A stretch of DNA of 34,359 nt from a virus (Duplodnaviria > Caudoviricetes), in the IMG/VR virus record IMGVR_UViG_3300022183_000026, positions 1 to 34,359 of that record; one strand, given 5' to 3'. Under the pieces are notes generated by a model, which searched no databases, was not told where the DNA came from, and worked only from the letters and a program-made list of their open reading frames with translations. The position numbers were made by a program, and so were the translations under genes. Numbering within the stretch: the first letter of the stretch is position 1; the number at the start of each line of letters is the position of its first letter. Positions 17,490-25,699 of this stretch are shown here, piece after piece.

Positions 17490-18133
17490 AGCGGGTTCCT
17501 CTTTCGTTCGTCGTAGTGCATTTGCGAATCATGTTCGCCGTGTTCATACAATGTATCACTTACCTGGCAGACACGCAAACCGGACCTCCAAAGCGCAAGG
17601 CTCATATACTTTCCAACGCCTGACGATGCGTTCGTACTGAAGTGTTCGGCAGGGATATGCGGGACTCGCCAAGACAGGGCTTCCAGTACGTCCCTACTAC
17701 ACGCAAAGCATCCGTCTACCCAATGCGTTAGCCAGCGTTCGCGTTCGTCTACGGGATCGACAGGCACCCAGCATGGGCCGCGTCCGCGCCCGTCAACAAG
17801 AGGCACTATCACATCACAGTGTTCAAGGTGCGACAGCATCCGTTCGACGGGGTTTGTCACAGCCGGGGTAACGTCATCGGGTAGGAATACAAACGTGTCG
17901 GCATCGGACTTGCGGCAGGAATCAAGAACGTGATCCCAGGTTTCGGCGAAGTGCCTGTGCCCCGGTGGTTTGTGCAGCGTGAATTGCAACGCATCAACAT
18001 GGTAGTAGGGCAGGCCCCCGCCGTCATGGAATACGTTTATGTCCGCGTCCGTTTCGTAGCGCGTCAGGTCCACAAGGCGGCGGCACATATCGGGCCGCTT
18101 GTAGGTGATGATTGATATTAGGAGGGAATCCAT
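17486..18133 (-). CDS. GT2-like glycosyltransferase
   Basis: LISIITYKRP, VFHDG, FVFLPDD motifs. Confidence 0.75.
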   Translation of the reverse strand: MDSLLISIITYKRPDMCRRLVDLTRYETDADINVFHDGGGLPYYHVDALQFTLHKPPGHRHFAETWDHVLDSCRKSDADTFVFLPDDVTPAVTNPVERMLSHLEHCDVIVPLVDGRGRGPCWVPVDPVDERERWLTHWVDGCFACSRDVLEALSWRVPHIPAEHFSTNASSGVGKYMSLALWRSGLRVCQVSDTLYEHGEHDSQMHYDERKRNPL

Positions 18134-18798
18134 ACGTGGGTAGCGGTTGCGTTGAATACTTTTGGCAGGCGCGTATGATCGGACAGAAGCCAGTCGGCTG
18201 TCTCTAGGTTCACGCGGTCTGTTTCTTCCATGATAACAAGGGGGCGGTGAATGGTTACGATACCCATGCTTGCTATTAGGGCGTGTAGCGACATTCCCTC
18301 TGCGTCGATCTTTATAGCCGTAGGCTTGAACGTGCCGATTACGTGCGCTAGGAAATGCCCCGTCTTTGTTAGTTCGTCCGCGCCCGCCCTTTCAAAGCGC
18401 GTCATGCCGACGTTGCCTTCGGGCGGCGGCACAAGGCGGTAGTCTATCTGCGGGCCTATCAGGTAGCCGCGCGTCTGCACCCTATCCCATAGGTTATTTG
18501 CGGACAGGTTCTTCTTTAGGTACTCGCCGTTTGCCGGGGCGGGTTCGATAGCAAACACCTTTGCCCCTAGCTCCCCCGCAAAGAAAACGGAATGATTCCC
18601 TAGACAGGCACCTACGTCCACGACACGTTCGAAGTATTGCGGGTTGTCGTATGCCCATCGCAACACGCCGCGTTCTCCGTATTCGTAGAAGTGCCCCGCT
18701 CGCCAGTGCCGCACCTGATGATCGCCCTCCGGTCCGTGCATAGCATAGACATTTCCTGACGGACCCTTTACGGGTATTGGGTTCGTATCAATCTTCAT
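18118..18798 (-). CDS. FkbM-family SAM-dependent methyltransferase
   Basis: VVDVGA.LGNHS, V.AIEP...N, IKIDAEG, RPLVIME. Confidence 0.9.
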   Translation of the reverse strand: MKIDTNPIPVKGPSGNVYAMHGPEGDHQVRHWRAGHFYEYGERGVLRWAYDNPQYFERVVDVGACLGNHSVFFAGELGAKVFAIEPAPANGEYLKKNLSANNLWDRVQTRGYLIGPQIDYRLVPPPEGNVGMTRFERAGADELTKTGHFLAHVIGTFKPTAIKIDAEGMSLHALIASMGIVTIHRPLVIMEETDRVNLETADWLLSDHTRLPKVFNATATHVWIPS

Positions 18799-19087
18799 TG
18801 TTCAACGCTGAATGGTGGGCGCAGAAGAAGTCGGGGTTACTGACGGGTTGCGGAACGTCCATCCCCAAGTCATAGCTGTACTCATAATCGCCCCCATCGG
18901 TAACTGGTAACTGGCAATGGCCTGATCCCTCATCGGGCATTGGGCGTGAATATCTAATCCAATTCTCACACGTTTCGCACCTGATGCCTGAGTTACGGAT
19001 AGCGTCTGCAAGGGTGTTTCCGCAAGGAACCTTGTCGCTGTCTATGGTGAATCCGTCCCGCCTCGTTTTTAATATCTCGTAGCTCAT
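18788..19087 (-). CDS. Cys-rich hypothetical protein
   Basis: RCETCENW...C...DFFCAHH; coupled to neighbouring genes. Confidence 0.65.
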   Translation of the reverse strand: MSYEILKTRRDGFTIDSDKVPCGNTLADAIRNSGIRCETCENWIRYSRPMPDEGSGHCQLPVTDGGDYEYSYDLGMDVPQPVSNPDFFCAHHSALNNED

Positions 19088-19449
19088 TGTTTTTTACTCC
19101 ACCTCCGATAGAATACGTGTTCGTGCAAGATGCCAAATACTCCCCACATAAGCAAGCCAGCCCACCAAGGATAGCCGTGCATGACAGCTGCGTGAACGAA
19201 GATGCCCACAAGCAGGACGGACTTGGTTAGGTGCCAGAAGTCGATAAACGAAGCGCCGCCCACGTAGACCCACCATTTGAGCGATCCGTCATCGTTGTAC
19301 TTCACCTTCCAGTTGTTGCCCCACCAAGCATCTGGTATAAACGGGAGCATGTTTTTCAGCCATTTTGGAACCCACTTGTGGAAGCTGTTAGCGTCCATCG
19401 CGTCAAGATGGAGCGTGACAAACAACGTGAATAGGAGTAGGTCAAACAT
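19084..19449 (-). CDS. Membrane protein
   Basis: Several hydrophobic segments; W.NK..., DFWHLTK. Confidence 0.7.
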   Translation of the reverse strand: MFDLLLFTLFVTLHLDAMDANSFHKWVPKWLKNMLPFIPDAWWGNNWKVKYNDDGSLKWWVYVGGASFIDFWHLTKSVLLVGIFVHAAVMHGYPWWAGLLMWGVFGILHEHVFYRRWSKKQ

Positions 19450-19765
19450 AGCGGGTTTCGATTTCGGATTCGTCGAACGTCAACCCGTGAATATACACTC
19501 GTGTGCCGAAAACGAGTAAGCCCGCAGGCATCCCCTCAATCGTGTACGTCACAGATTCGGGTTTGTGCTTGTCGGTGTCGAGGGCGCGAAGCTTGGTGCT
19601 ATCGTGCCATGCAATCGCTTCGTTCTCTCCCTTTGAAAGCGGTAGCGTGTACATCCCGTCGAGTTCGTAAGGAATGCCCATGCCTTCGGGTATCATGAAC
19701 CGATCACCCTCATCCAGTTCGGAATACTTGACTCGTTGCAGTTTGACTACGCGGGTCAGCTTCAT
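19442..19765 (-). CDS. Hypothetical protein
   Basis: Coupled ORF; starts within the junction repeat. Confidence 0.65.
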   Translation of the reverse strand: MKLTRVVKLQRVKYSELDEGDRFMIPEGMGIPYELDGMYTLPLSKGENEAIAWHDSTKLRALDTDKHKPESVTYTIEGMPAGLLVFGTRVYIHGLTFDESEIETRYV

Positions 19766-19790
19766 CCCTCTGCCTCCGTGTCTGTGTGTG
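19762..19790 (-). repeat. 29-bp gene-junction direct repeat, copy 1 (copy 2 at 19977-20005; partial copy 20274-20286)
   Basis: TCATCCCTCTGCCTCCGTGTCTGTGTGTG is exact in both full copies; encodes HTDTEAEG-stop. Confidence 0.9.
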
Positions 19791-19980
19791 GTGCTTTGTT
19801 AATGGCTCTTTCGATCTTCCTTCTCCCACAAGCTGAATCGGTTCTCATCCAAAGTCGGTGCAGCCTTTCTTTCCTCATCATTCCAACAATACGTTGTCTG
19901 GTCTGGTCATCATATTCAAAGCGCCTTGCATACGCATCCTCTATTGATAACCATTCATCCTTTGGTTTCGCAAGCATCAT
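19762..19980 (-). CDS. Hypothetical protein
   Basis: Bounded by the 29-bp repeats; ATGA coupling. Confidence 0.6.
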   Translation of the reverse strand: MMLAKPKDEWLSIEDAYARRFEYDDQTRQRIVGMMRKERLHRLWMRTDSACGRRKIERAINKAPHTDTEAEG

Positions 19981-20246
19981 CCCTCTGCCTCCGTGTCTGT
20001 GTGTGAATGGTCAATGGCAAGCCTGACAGCGTTATCCATGACCTCAAGCCTTTTTATGTGCTTGAACGGCCCTTCCTTGAGCCTCCGCAGAAAAAGGTTC
20101 TCGTTCAATTCGCTGAACAGTTTTCCCCTATGATTCGTGTATCCGAAACTCGTTCCCACTTCCTCGTGGAAGCGACTAAGTGCGACCTCGAATAAATCAG
20201 GATCATCCAATACGCGGCGATAATCGTTTTCGGTTGGCAGACTCAT
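19977..20246 (-). CDS. Hypothetical protein (MSLPTEN...)
   Basis: GGAGGGG SD and ATGA coupling at 20246; ends in HTDTEAEG. Confidence 0.6.
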   Translation of the reverse strand: MSLPTENDYRRVLDDPDLFEVALSRFHEEVGTSFGYTNHRGKLFSELNENLFLRRLKEGPFKHIKRLEVMDNAVRLAIDHSHTDTEAEG

Positions 20247-20614
20247 GGTTCCCCTCCGTATGATTCGTCCGCTGTGTCTGTGTGTGATTGGATGAGGGAC
20301 TTGATGCGGTTGATAGCGTTTTGCAGACACCCATGATGATCTGCCCACGAATCATACTGCTTGCCCCCATAGGACTCATCCACGATCCGCTCCACATCCC
20401 CCACCGTTATCGCCGTGTCACAATGGGAGCATCCTGTACAGGAACCCTGTACAGGGGAAGCGGTGAGGTTCAGATTGTGAATCGGAAGCATTCCCGATGC
20501 CGCCAAGATCAACTCGTCTGGGACGCTATACGAATCGGGGTCAAGTCGCTCTGCCTTCGCAACAATCTGATCCAGTAGAATCTTCTCCTTCGATCTTTTC
20601 TCCACGTTATCCAT
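20243..20614 (-). CDS. Hypothetical protein with CxxCxxC
   Basis: MDNVEK start overlapping the upstream ORF end. Confidence 0.55.
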   Translation of the reverse strand: MDNVEKRSKEKILLDQIVAKAERLDPDSYSVPDELILAASGMLPIHNLNLTASPVQGSCTGCSHCDTAITVGDVERIVDESYGGKQYDSWADHHGCLQNAINRIKSLIQSHTDTADESYGGEP

Positions 20615-20759
20615 CTTGGTTCTCGTTGTTGGTGTTTTCCCCCTGTTCGGATTGGAGGGCGGCGGCATCCATGACACGGTTCAACCATTTGCCGTGGTCG
20701 TATATGGTTTCGTTGCACAAGGCCTGAATCTCCGGCTCTTTCATCCAGTCAGTTGCCAT
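20607..20759 (-). CDS. 50-aa hypothetical protein (MATDWMKEPE...)
   Basis: Not in the ORF track; GGAGG SD; fills the gap between coupled genes. Confidence 0.5.
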   Translation of the reverse strand: MATDWMKEPEIQALCNETIYDHGKWLNRVMDAAALQSEQGENTNNENQDG

Positions 20760-20970
20760 CAGTCTTTGCCTCCTGTCGTGCTTTTAGATCGCCAATCATA
20801 TCGGCCATCATCTGATAGTCATTTCGGTAGTCTATTGACAGCGTGACCCAGGGGGTTGTGAATCGGATCAGGTCTCCATGCCAAAATGATTGCCGCTCGT
20901 ATCCTGATTTACGTGTCGATCTACTCAACATAATTGACGGTATGGCCCGCCTTTCTCTGTTTCCGCTCAT
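20749..20970 (-). CDS. Hypothetical protein
   Basis: GGAGG SD; ATGA coupling. Confidence 0.55.
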   Translation of the reverse strand: MSGNRERRAIPSIMLSRSTRKSGYERQSFWHGDLIRFTTPWVTLSIDYRNDYQMMADMIGDLKARQEAKTDGN

Positions 20971-21101
20971 CTCAACACCCTCCGTTTAATCCGTTCAAGT
21001 TTCAGCACCGCCCAAGCCTTCACGCGCCAAAGAAGCGCAGCCTGTTCGTTCGTCGTGATAGGGCCATCGCTAATGGCGTACTCATTCGGGTCGAGCTTCA
21101 T
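20967..21101 (-). CDS. 44-aa hypothetical protein (MKLDPNEY...)
   Basis: Not in the ORF track; fills the gap and its stop is coupled to the next start. Confidence 0.45.
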   Translation of the reverse strand: MKLDPNEYAISDGPITTNEQAALLWRVKAWAVLKLERIKRRVLR

Positions 21102-21402
21102 GCTTCATCCTCGTTGCTTCTGCAAGGTCCTTCAGTTCAGGATAGCGTAACGCCCAGGAATCAAGAATGTTAAGGGCTTCTGGCGTCATGCGCTGACCCT
21201 TCTGAATGTTCTCGTTCAGTCCAATGTATTGAATGTTTTCTAAAGATCCAATTCTTTCGGGCGGTAGGTCATGCTTAAACCCGAAAGAAACAGGAACGAT
21301 ATGATCCCTTGTGAACCCCGACCGGCTAGGTGCGACCGCCCTTGTTTCAAGCCCTACGCGGTAGCGGTAGGATGAATATCGTTTTGATCGTGCGCCTTTC
21401 AT
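21082..21402 (-). CDS. HNH-like nuclease domain protein
   Basis: DHIVP...ENIQ.I...EN.QKG. Confidence 0.65.
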   Translation of the reverse strand: MKGARSKRYSSYRYRVGLETRAVAPSRSGFTRDHIVPVSFGFKHDLPPERIGSLENIQYIGLNENIQKGQRMTPEALNILDSWALRYPELKDLAEATRMKHEARPE

Positions 21403-21590
21403 ATCAGCACATCCCCCGGCTCTAGGCCTAGCGCATCGCACCAGCGGCAGAACTTTGAAATACTAGGCGCGTCCATGCCGCACTCCCATCGGCTTACGGC
21501 TGAATACGTCACGCCTATAAGACCCGCAAGGTCCGTCTGTGTGAAACCCCGATCATATCGGGCAGCGATCATCTTGCCTGTGTCGATCAT
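21399..21590 (-). CDS. XRE-family helix-turn-helix regulator (Cro-like)
   Basis: R...GFTQ.DLA..IGVT..AVSRWE.G...PS. Confidence 0.9.
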   Translation of the reverse strand: MIDTGKMIAARYDRGFTQTDLAGLIGVTYSAVSRWECGMDAPSISKFCRWCDALGLEPGDVLI

Positions 21591-21760
21591 TTTATAAATG
21601 CCGCGATCTGTTGAATGATGTTTGCCAGGATGTTTATAGAAGCCCCTGGGTGACGAAATAGGTACTCCATCGTTGTGCCGTCCGAGTAGTGGAATACCAC
21701 CTTTTTCGGGGTGCGCCCCTTCTTGAATGCTACCAGCTGGTTCTCTGTGTTCTCGTTCAT
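21587..21760 (-). CDS. 57-aa hypothetical protein (MNENTENQ...)
   Basis: Not in the ORF track; ATGA overlaps at both ends. Confidence 0.55.
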   Translation of the reverse strand: MNENTENQLVAFKKGRTPKKVVFHYSDGTTMEYLFRHPGASINILANIIQQIAAFIK

Positions 21761-22053
21761 TGAGCGTCCCTTAGTAGTGCTTCGTATATGTCACGCGCCT
21801 TCTGATGCATCTTAGGATCGGGGGCATTGCCGCCCACGCTTTTTGCGCTACTGGCGGTGTTGTACCCTAGCTGATCTAAGACCCACCGAATACCCATAAA
21901 GCCCATGTTTTCATCTAGTAATGATGCCGCCACGCGCCTTGCCTCGCCTGCGGGCACATTGTTGTTACCAACGGCCATGAAGTCCTCGGTTATCCCGTAG
22001 GCATCGCAGACCGCCCGCTTGATAAGCCGCGCCCGTTCAGGAATCGTCGGCAT
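21757..22053 (-). CDS. DnaA C-terminal (domain IV)-like DNA-binding protein
   Basis: I..AVC..YGIT..........ARRVA..L pattern resembles Bac_DnaA_C. Confidence 0.55.
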   Translation of the reverse strand: MPTIPERARLIKRAVCDAYGITEDFMAVGNNNVPAGEARRVAASLLDENMGFMGIRWVLDQLGYNTASSAKSVGGNAPDPKMHQKARDIYEALLRDAQ

Positions 22054-22279
22054 TGATTACCTCCGTAAGAATAGCCTTCGCATTGCGCCGGAAGTATATA
22101 AGGGCATCAACCCAGGTTTCGGCGTGTAGTACGTGCGGTGAATAGCGATCACGGTGCCGTTCGTGTCGCCCTGACATTGCCTTACGCCAGTAGTCCGCTC
22201 CCTCGTCCGCAATGTCGATGTTGTTAGCGATCAACTCCGTCATGCGTTCGGCATAGTCTTCTATCTGCTTCTGTGTCAT
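22037..22279 (-). CDS. Hypothetical protein
   Basis: Coupled ORF with GAGG SD. Confidence 0.6.
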   Translation of the reverse strand: MTQKQIEDYAERMTELIANNIDIADEGADYWRKAMSGRHERHRDRYSPHVLHAETWVDALIYFRRNAKAILTEVINADDS

Positions 22280-22464
22280 GCTTCCTCGGTGTATGCTGTT
22301 CGGGCGTTGCGGAACCCTTCAATCTCTCCCTCTGCGTATAGCACACGAAGGGCGGCTTGAATCACAAGGTCGGTTTGCTGTGGGCTATACCTGTCAAAAG
22401 ACATTGCCCGCCGTATTTCGGATAGGCATTCTGCTACGTGCTTCTCTCTGCGTTCGCTGCTCAT
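22276..22464 (-). CDS. Hypothetical protein
   Basis: Coupled ORF with GAGG SD. Confidence 0.6.
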   Translation of the reverse strand: MSSERREKHVAECLSEIRRAMSFDRYSPQQTDLVIQAALRVLYAEGEIEGFRNARTAYTEEA

Positions 22465-22964
22465 TTCAGTTCCTCAATCATTTTTGAAATTCCCTGTGCG
22501 TCCTGACCCTTTGCCCGCTCAATCAACGCGGCGCGTTCGCCTTCGGGCTGTTTCTTTATCAAGCTAAAGAGGAAGTTCTTCTGCTTGTCCGTGGCAGGAC
22601 GCGACCCTTGCTGGCTGATCGCGTTCGCCACCTCGTCGGCTGATGCGTATTCAGTACCTGCAAACCCGGCGGCGGCAAGGGCGCGACCGATAGCCGACGT
22701 CTCCGCGTTCTCAAGGGCCGACGTTCTATTGATGTTCGAAGACCCGCGCACCTCTTCGCCGTGCCCCGTCCCGATTATGCGCCCGTCAGGATCGGTGATA
22801 ACGGCGCGGACTATCACGGATGTTTCATCAAAGTGGTGGAGCTGCGTTTCAATACCCCACCCTTGCTTGATCGTGTAGTCAGATCGGAACTCGGTCACAC
22901 GAAGCGCAACAGTTTTATATTCCTTGCCGTGGATATTCACGACTCCTGTGTCTTTATTGCTCAT
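22461..22964 (-). CDS. Sak/Rad52-like single-strand annealing protein
   Basis: GKEY..VA.RV..F, G.G..E.....IN.TSALENAETSAIGRALA, C-terminal AT.KQ. Confidence 0.75.
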   Translation of the reverse strand: MSNKDTGVVNIHGKEYKTVALRVTEFRSDYTIKQGWGIETQLHHFDETSVIVRAVITDPDGRIIGTGHGEEVRGSSNINRTSALENAETSAIGRALAAAGFAGTEYASADEVANAISQQGSRPATDKQKNFLFSLIKKQPEGERAALIERAKGQDAQGISKMIEELK

Positions 22965-23242
22965 TGTTTCTTTGGTTGCACGGGTAGGCACATCAGGCAC
23001 CAGTTCCCGCCGGGGTGAACTTTGCGACCGCAGGCACACCGCCCTAGATCGCGCATCTTTTTAGCGGCTTCGACCTTCGTTTCAAAGGTTGTCTTTTCCC
23101 TTACGTCGGGGTTGTTCGCGTGAATCTCCGCGTCCCTTTCGCGGCGTTGCTCCATCCATATCGGAACCGGATCCTCCGCACTTGTGCCGTTCACAAAAGA
23201 AAGGGTTGTCCGTGTCGATCCTTTTAGCGCATCCATTTTCAA
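22961..23242 (-). CDS. Hypothetical protein with C-terminal Zn ribbon
   Basis: RCACG......WCLMC. Confidence 0.55.
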   Translation of the reverse strand: MKMDALKGSTRTTLSFVNGTSAEDPVPIWMEQRRERDAEIHANNPDVREKTTFETKVEAAKKMRDLGRCACGRKVHPGGNWCLMCLPVQPKKQ

Positions 23243-23286
23243 AGCAGGTTTTCATTGTCGTTTCCGTTTAGTGTACCGCAATGTAA

Positions 23287-23562
23287 TCATGCGATAGCAA
23301 TAATCCAAAAATGCTCTTTACGTCCGTATCGCCCCTTGCGGGTGTCGCCTAGCTTGTTCAGCTTACCCTCGGCGGTCAGCGTGTTTATCGACCGGCGCAC
23401 GGAAGTGATAGGCCATCGATCACCGAACTTGTGGTACACCTGCCAGGGCGACCAGCGGCGTTTGGTCACTTCAAAGAAGCGAAGTATTGCGGCGTCCTGC
23501 TTTGCGGCCTTGCCGCGCAGTATCGTCAGGTCCGGCTCCGGCGTTGTTGCGTAGTAGGTCAT
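23287..23562 (-). CDS. Winged-helix-like DNA-binding protein
   Basis: IL.FF...SP.QV...ITSVRRSI.TL...G.L.K. Confidence 0.6.
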   Translation of the reverse strand: MTYYATTPEPDLTILRGKAAKQDAAILRFFEVTKRRWSPWQVYHKFGDRWPITSVRRSINTLTAEGKLNKLGDTRKGRYGRKEHFWIIAIA

Positions 23563-23744
23563 TCGAAGTACCTCGAAAATTTTTCCATATCAGACTGCGT
23601 AGGAAACACCGTGTCTGCTACGCATTCATTGTGCCCTCTGTATGCCCCTGACGTATCGCCTATCGTGTAGCCAAACCAAAAGGCGGCTATGATGATAGCA
23701 AGATGCACAAGGTCCATGACAAGGCGTTTGATCCAGCGACTCAT
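23559..23744 (-). CDS. Small membrane protein
   Basis: One TM segment; coupled to neighbours. Confidence 0.55.
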   Translation of the reverse strand: MSRWIKRLVMDLVHLAIIIAAFWFGYTIGDTSGAYRGHNECVADTVFPTQSDMEKFSRYFE

Positions 23745-23818
23745 ACAAGCGTCCTGATAATAAAGTAAAGCGTGGCGGCTGTAAGCACAGCGTAGTAGAT
23801 ACGGTCAGCTTTTTTCAT
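23741..23818 (-). CDS. 25-aa hydrophobic peptide
   Basis: MKKADRIYYAVLTAATLYFIIRTLV; ATGA coupling. Confidence 0.4.
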   Translation of the reverse strand: MKKADRIYYAVLTAATLYFIIRTLV

Positions 23819-23826
23819 TTGAGCTT

Positions 23827-23976
23827 TTACGATGTTGGTGCATTTAATCGTTTAAGTTCAGCCCGAATTGATGCCAAGCGATCTTCGTCCATAGGGACTT
23901 CGCCTGTTAGCATTGCAAGTGCTTCGAATCGCAGGGCTTTTATCTTGTGATCTAAGTAAAGGGTCTTCAGTGACAT
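23827..23976 (-). CDS. 49-aa hypothetical protein (MSLKTLYL...)
   Basis: Not in the ORF track; fills the gap in the leftward operon. Confidence 0.45.
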   Translation of the reverse strand: MSLKTLYLDHKIKALRFEALAMLTGEVPMDEDRLASIRAELKRLNAPTS

Positions 23977-24012
23977 TGTTCTGTGCCTGTATAGAATGAA
24001 AATGTGGGGGCC

Positions 24013-24225
24013 TTAGGACGCAAACCCGTTACGGATGGCGTCTTCCTCAGTGGCAAAGTCCTGAGCGTCGATGCCTTGAACCTCAGCGGCGATCTTGCAA
24101 GCCGAGAGCCATGAGCCGTAACCCGAAGGGATCTGCATCTTAGTCCACTTGGCAACCGATGTGGTCAGCCCGCGTCCGCGTTTAGTAGTCCATCCCGTCA
24201 ATGCGTAAACCGTTTCAGTATTCAT
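24013..24225 (-). CDS. Hypothetical protein, first gene of the leftward operon
   Basis: GAGGA SD before the ATG. Confidence 0.6.
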   Translation of the reverse strand: MNTETVYALTGWTTKRGRGLTTSVAKWTKMQIPSGYGSWLSACKIAAEVQGIDAQDFATEEDAIRNGFAS

Positions 24226-24655
24226 TGTCCTCTACGTGTTTGTTGAACTGCCGACAACTTCGCGCACCGCCCTGACAATTCAAACTTTATGAACGATTCT
24301 TCATCTTTTAGCCTTGCCTAAACTAAGAATACCGCGTCACGGCTTGAACTTGTCCTGACTTAATCATTAAGATGCTGTCGGCTGATGTGATAGGTGCCCG
24401 TGGTTATGGAAGCGGGGCCGCTTGAGGCGCAGAAGGTCAACCGAAACACGCCGGGGATGCAGGCAACGATTCCCGAATTGCACACAGGGGCGGCGTTCTT
24501 TCGGCCTATATATAACCCCTGTTGCACCTTTTCGACAATTACGGTATACCTAAACGGATCGTAGCAGTCAGAAAAAACAAAACAAAAAAAGTAGCCATAA
24601 CTGCACGGCGCGAAGGATTCACCGCACCGCCGGAAGGGGCTACATCCAAAGGATT
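24226..24655. promoter_or_regulatory. Divergent control region (largest non-coding stretch)
   Basis: Strand switch point; ATGAA-N6-TTCAT inverted repeat at 24289-24304; TTGAAC-18-TAAGAT at 24344-24373; A-tract near 24571-24590. Confidence 0.55.
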
Positions 24656-24970
24656 ATGAAGGCACTAGAACCATCTAACATAGATGCAAAGGCCATAGCC
24701 TACGTACAGCGTAGGCTACTGCGGACCCTATCCTATAACGAGAAGGCCGCTCTTGTCGGCAACATAGAGCCAGGATCAGGGCAGGAGTTCAAAGAAAGCG
24801 TTGACTTTTGGTTCGATCATGGTCTATCATTCGAAGGACGCGATAACATGGAGGATTTTCGCAAACACTACCTGAACCGCGTAGCCGACCGCCGTGAAAA
24901 AGAATGGGCGAAGCAGAAACAAGAACTACAAAACACGAAGATCATTGACCTTTTCCAACCTAGCGCATGA
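24656..24970 (+). CDS. Hypothetical protein
   Basis: AAGGA SD; 104 codons. Confidence 0.65.
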   Translation: MKALEPSNIDAKAIAYVQRRLLRTLSYNEKAALVGNIEPGSGQEFKESVDFWFDHGLSFEGRDNMEDFRKHYLNRVADRREKEWAKQKQELQNTKIIDLFQPSA

Positions 24971-25376
24971 AGCGGAACTACTAGCGCACCGCATGACCGG
25001 ACTCTCTATTCAGCAATGGGAAACGCAGGTAAAGGCGCGGCGCGAACGCGCACTAAAGACGGGCAAGCTGCACGGTATGCCCGTCCCTCCGTACAAGCGG
25101 GACGAATGGATAGGGTTCTACGACCTCGACCCGTCAGACTTTGAGCTCGTGCTTGTCACGCGGGACGGCGAGTATAACAAGAACACCTTTATCGAAAAGG
25201 AGAACGAGGGGCGTAGGAATCTAGGTGATGCCGCAAGGCCGGGTGAGTCGTTACCCGTACCCGATTGCGAGGACATAGCCGATCACTGGTGGTCGAGGTA
25301 CGACCGTATCTTAGACCGTGAGAAAGTGAAGGCGAGGGCGACGAGTCGTATAGCATACAGGCTTCGGAAGCGGTAG
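24894..25376 (+). CDS. Hypothetical protein (start uncertain, possibly ATG 24992)
   Basis: Open frame filling the region before the late promoter. Confidence 0.55.
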   Translation: MKKNGRSRNKNYKTRRSLTFSNLAHEAELLAHRMTGLSIQQWETQVKARRERALKTGKLHGMPVPPYKRDEWIGFYDLDPSDFELVLVTRDGEYNKNTFIEKENEGRRNLGDAARPGESLPVPDCEDIADHWWSRYDRILDREKVKARATSRIAYRLRKR

Positions 25377-25402
25377 CACGGAAAGGCAACATTTCGTATA
25401 TT
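25374..25402 (+). promoter_or_regulatory. Putative late promoter for the lysis/packaging operon
   Basis: TAGCAC-17-TATATT; contains ATTTCGTATATT identical to 3164-3175. Confidence 0.55.
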
Positions 25403-25417
25403 GACTTCGTTCAAACA

Positions 25418-25699
25418 ATGGAGCCTATCAAACCCATACCGCCAGATCCTATTCCGTCATCCGGCCCAAAGATGCGGCTCCGTAAAAACTACCTTTATCC
25501 GCACGTTTATATGAAAACGATTCTACGCAAATTAAGGGAGTCTACAACCTGGGTCGGCCTTGCTGTGGTTGCACAGTTCGTTCCGCTCGGTATGGAAGAA
25601 CTTCAAGCAATATGGACCGTCGTTACCGGCATCGCCGGTGTGGTCCTCATGTTCATCGATGAGCCGAAAACGACTCGGGAAAAAGACACTACGGGATGA
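25418..25699 (+). CDS. Holin (alternative start at ATG 25511)
   Basis: KLRESTTWVGL plus two hydrophobic segments; directly before the endolysin. Confidence 0.75.
   Translation: MEPIKPIPPDPIPSSGPKMRLRKNYLYPHVYMKTILRKLRESTTWVGLAVVAQFVPLGMEELQAIWTVVTGIAGVVLMFIDEPKTTREKDTTG

Noticed and set aside
19762-20291. CRISPR mini-array
   Set aside because: Only two full repeats, separated by a whole gene (186 bp); the repeat is coding and non-palindromic; no cas genes recognised.
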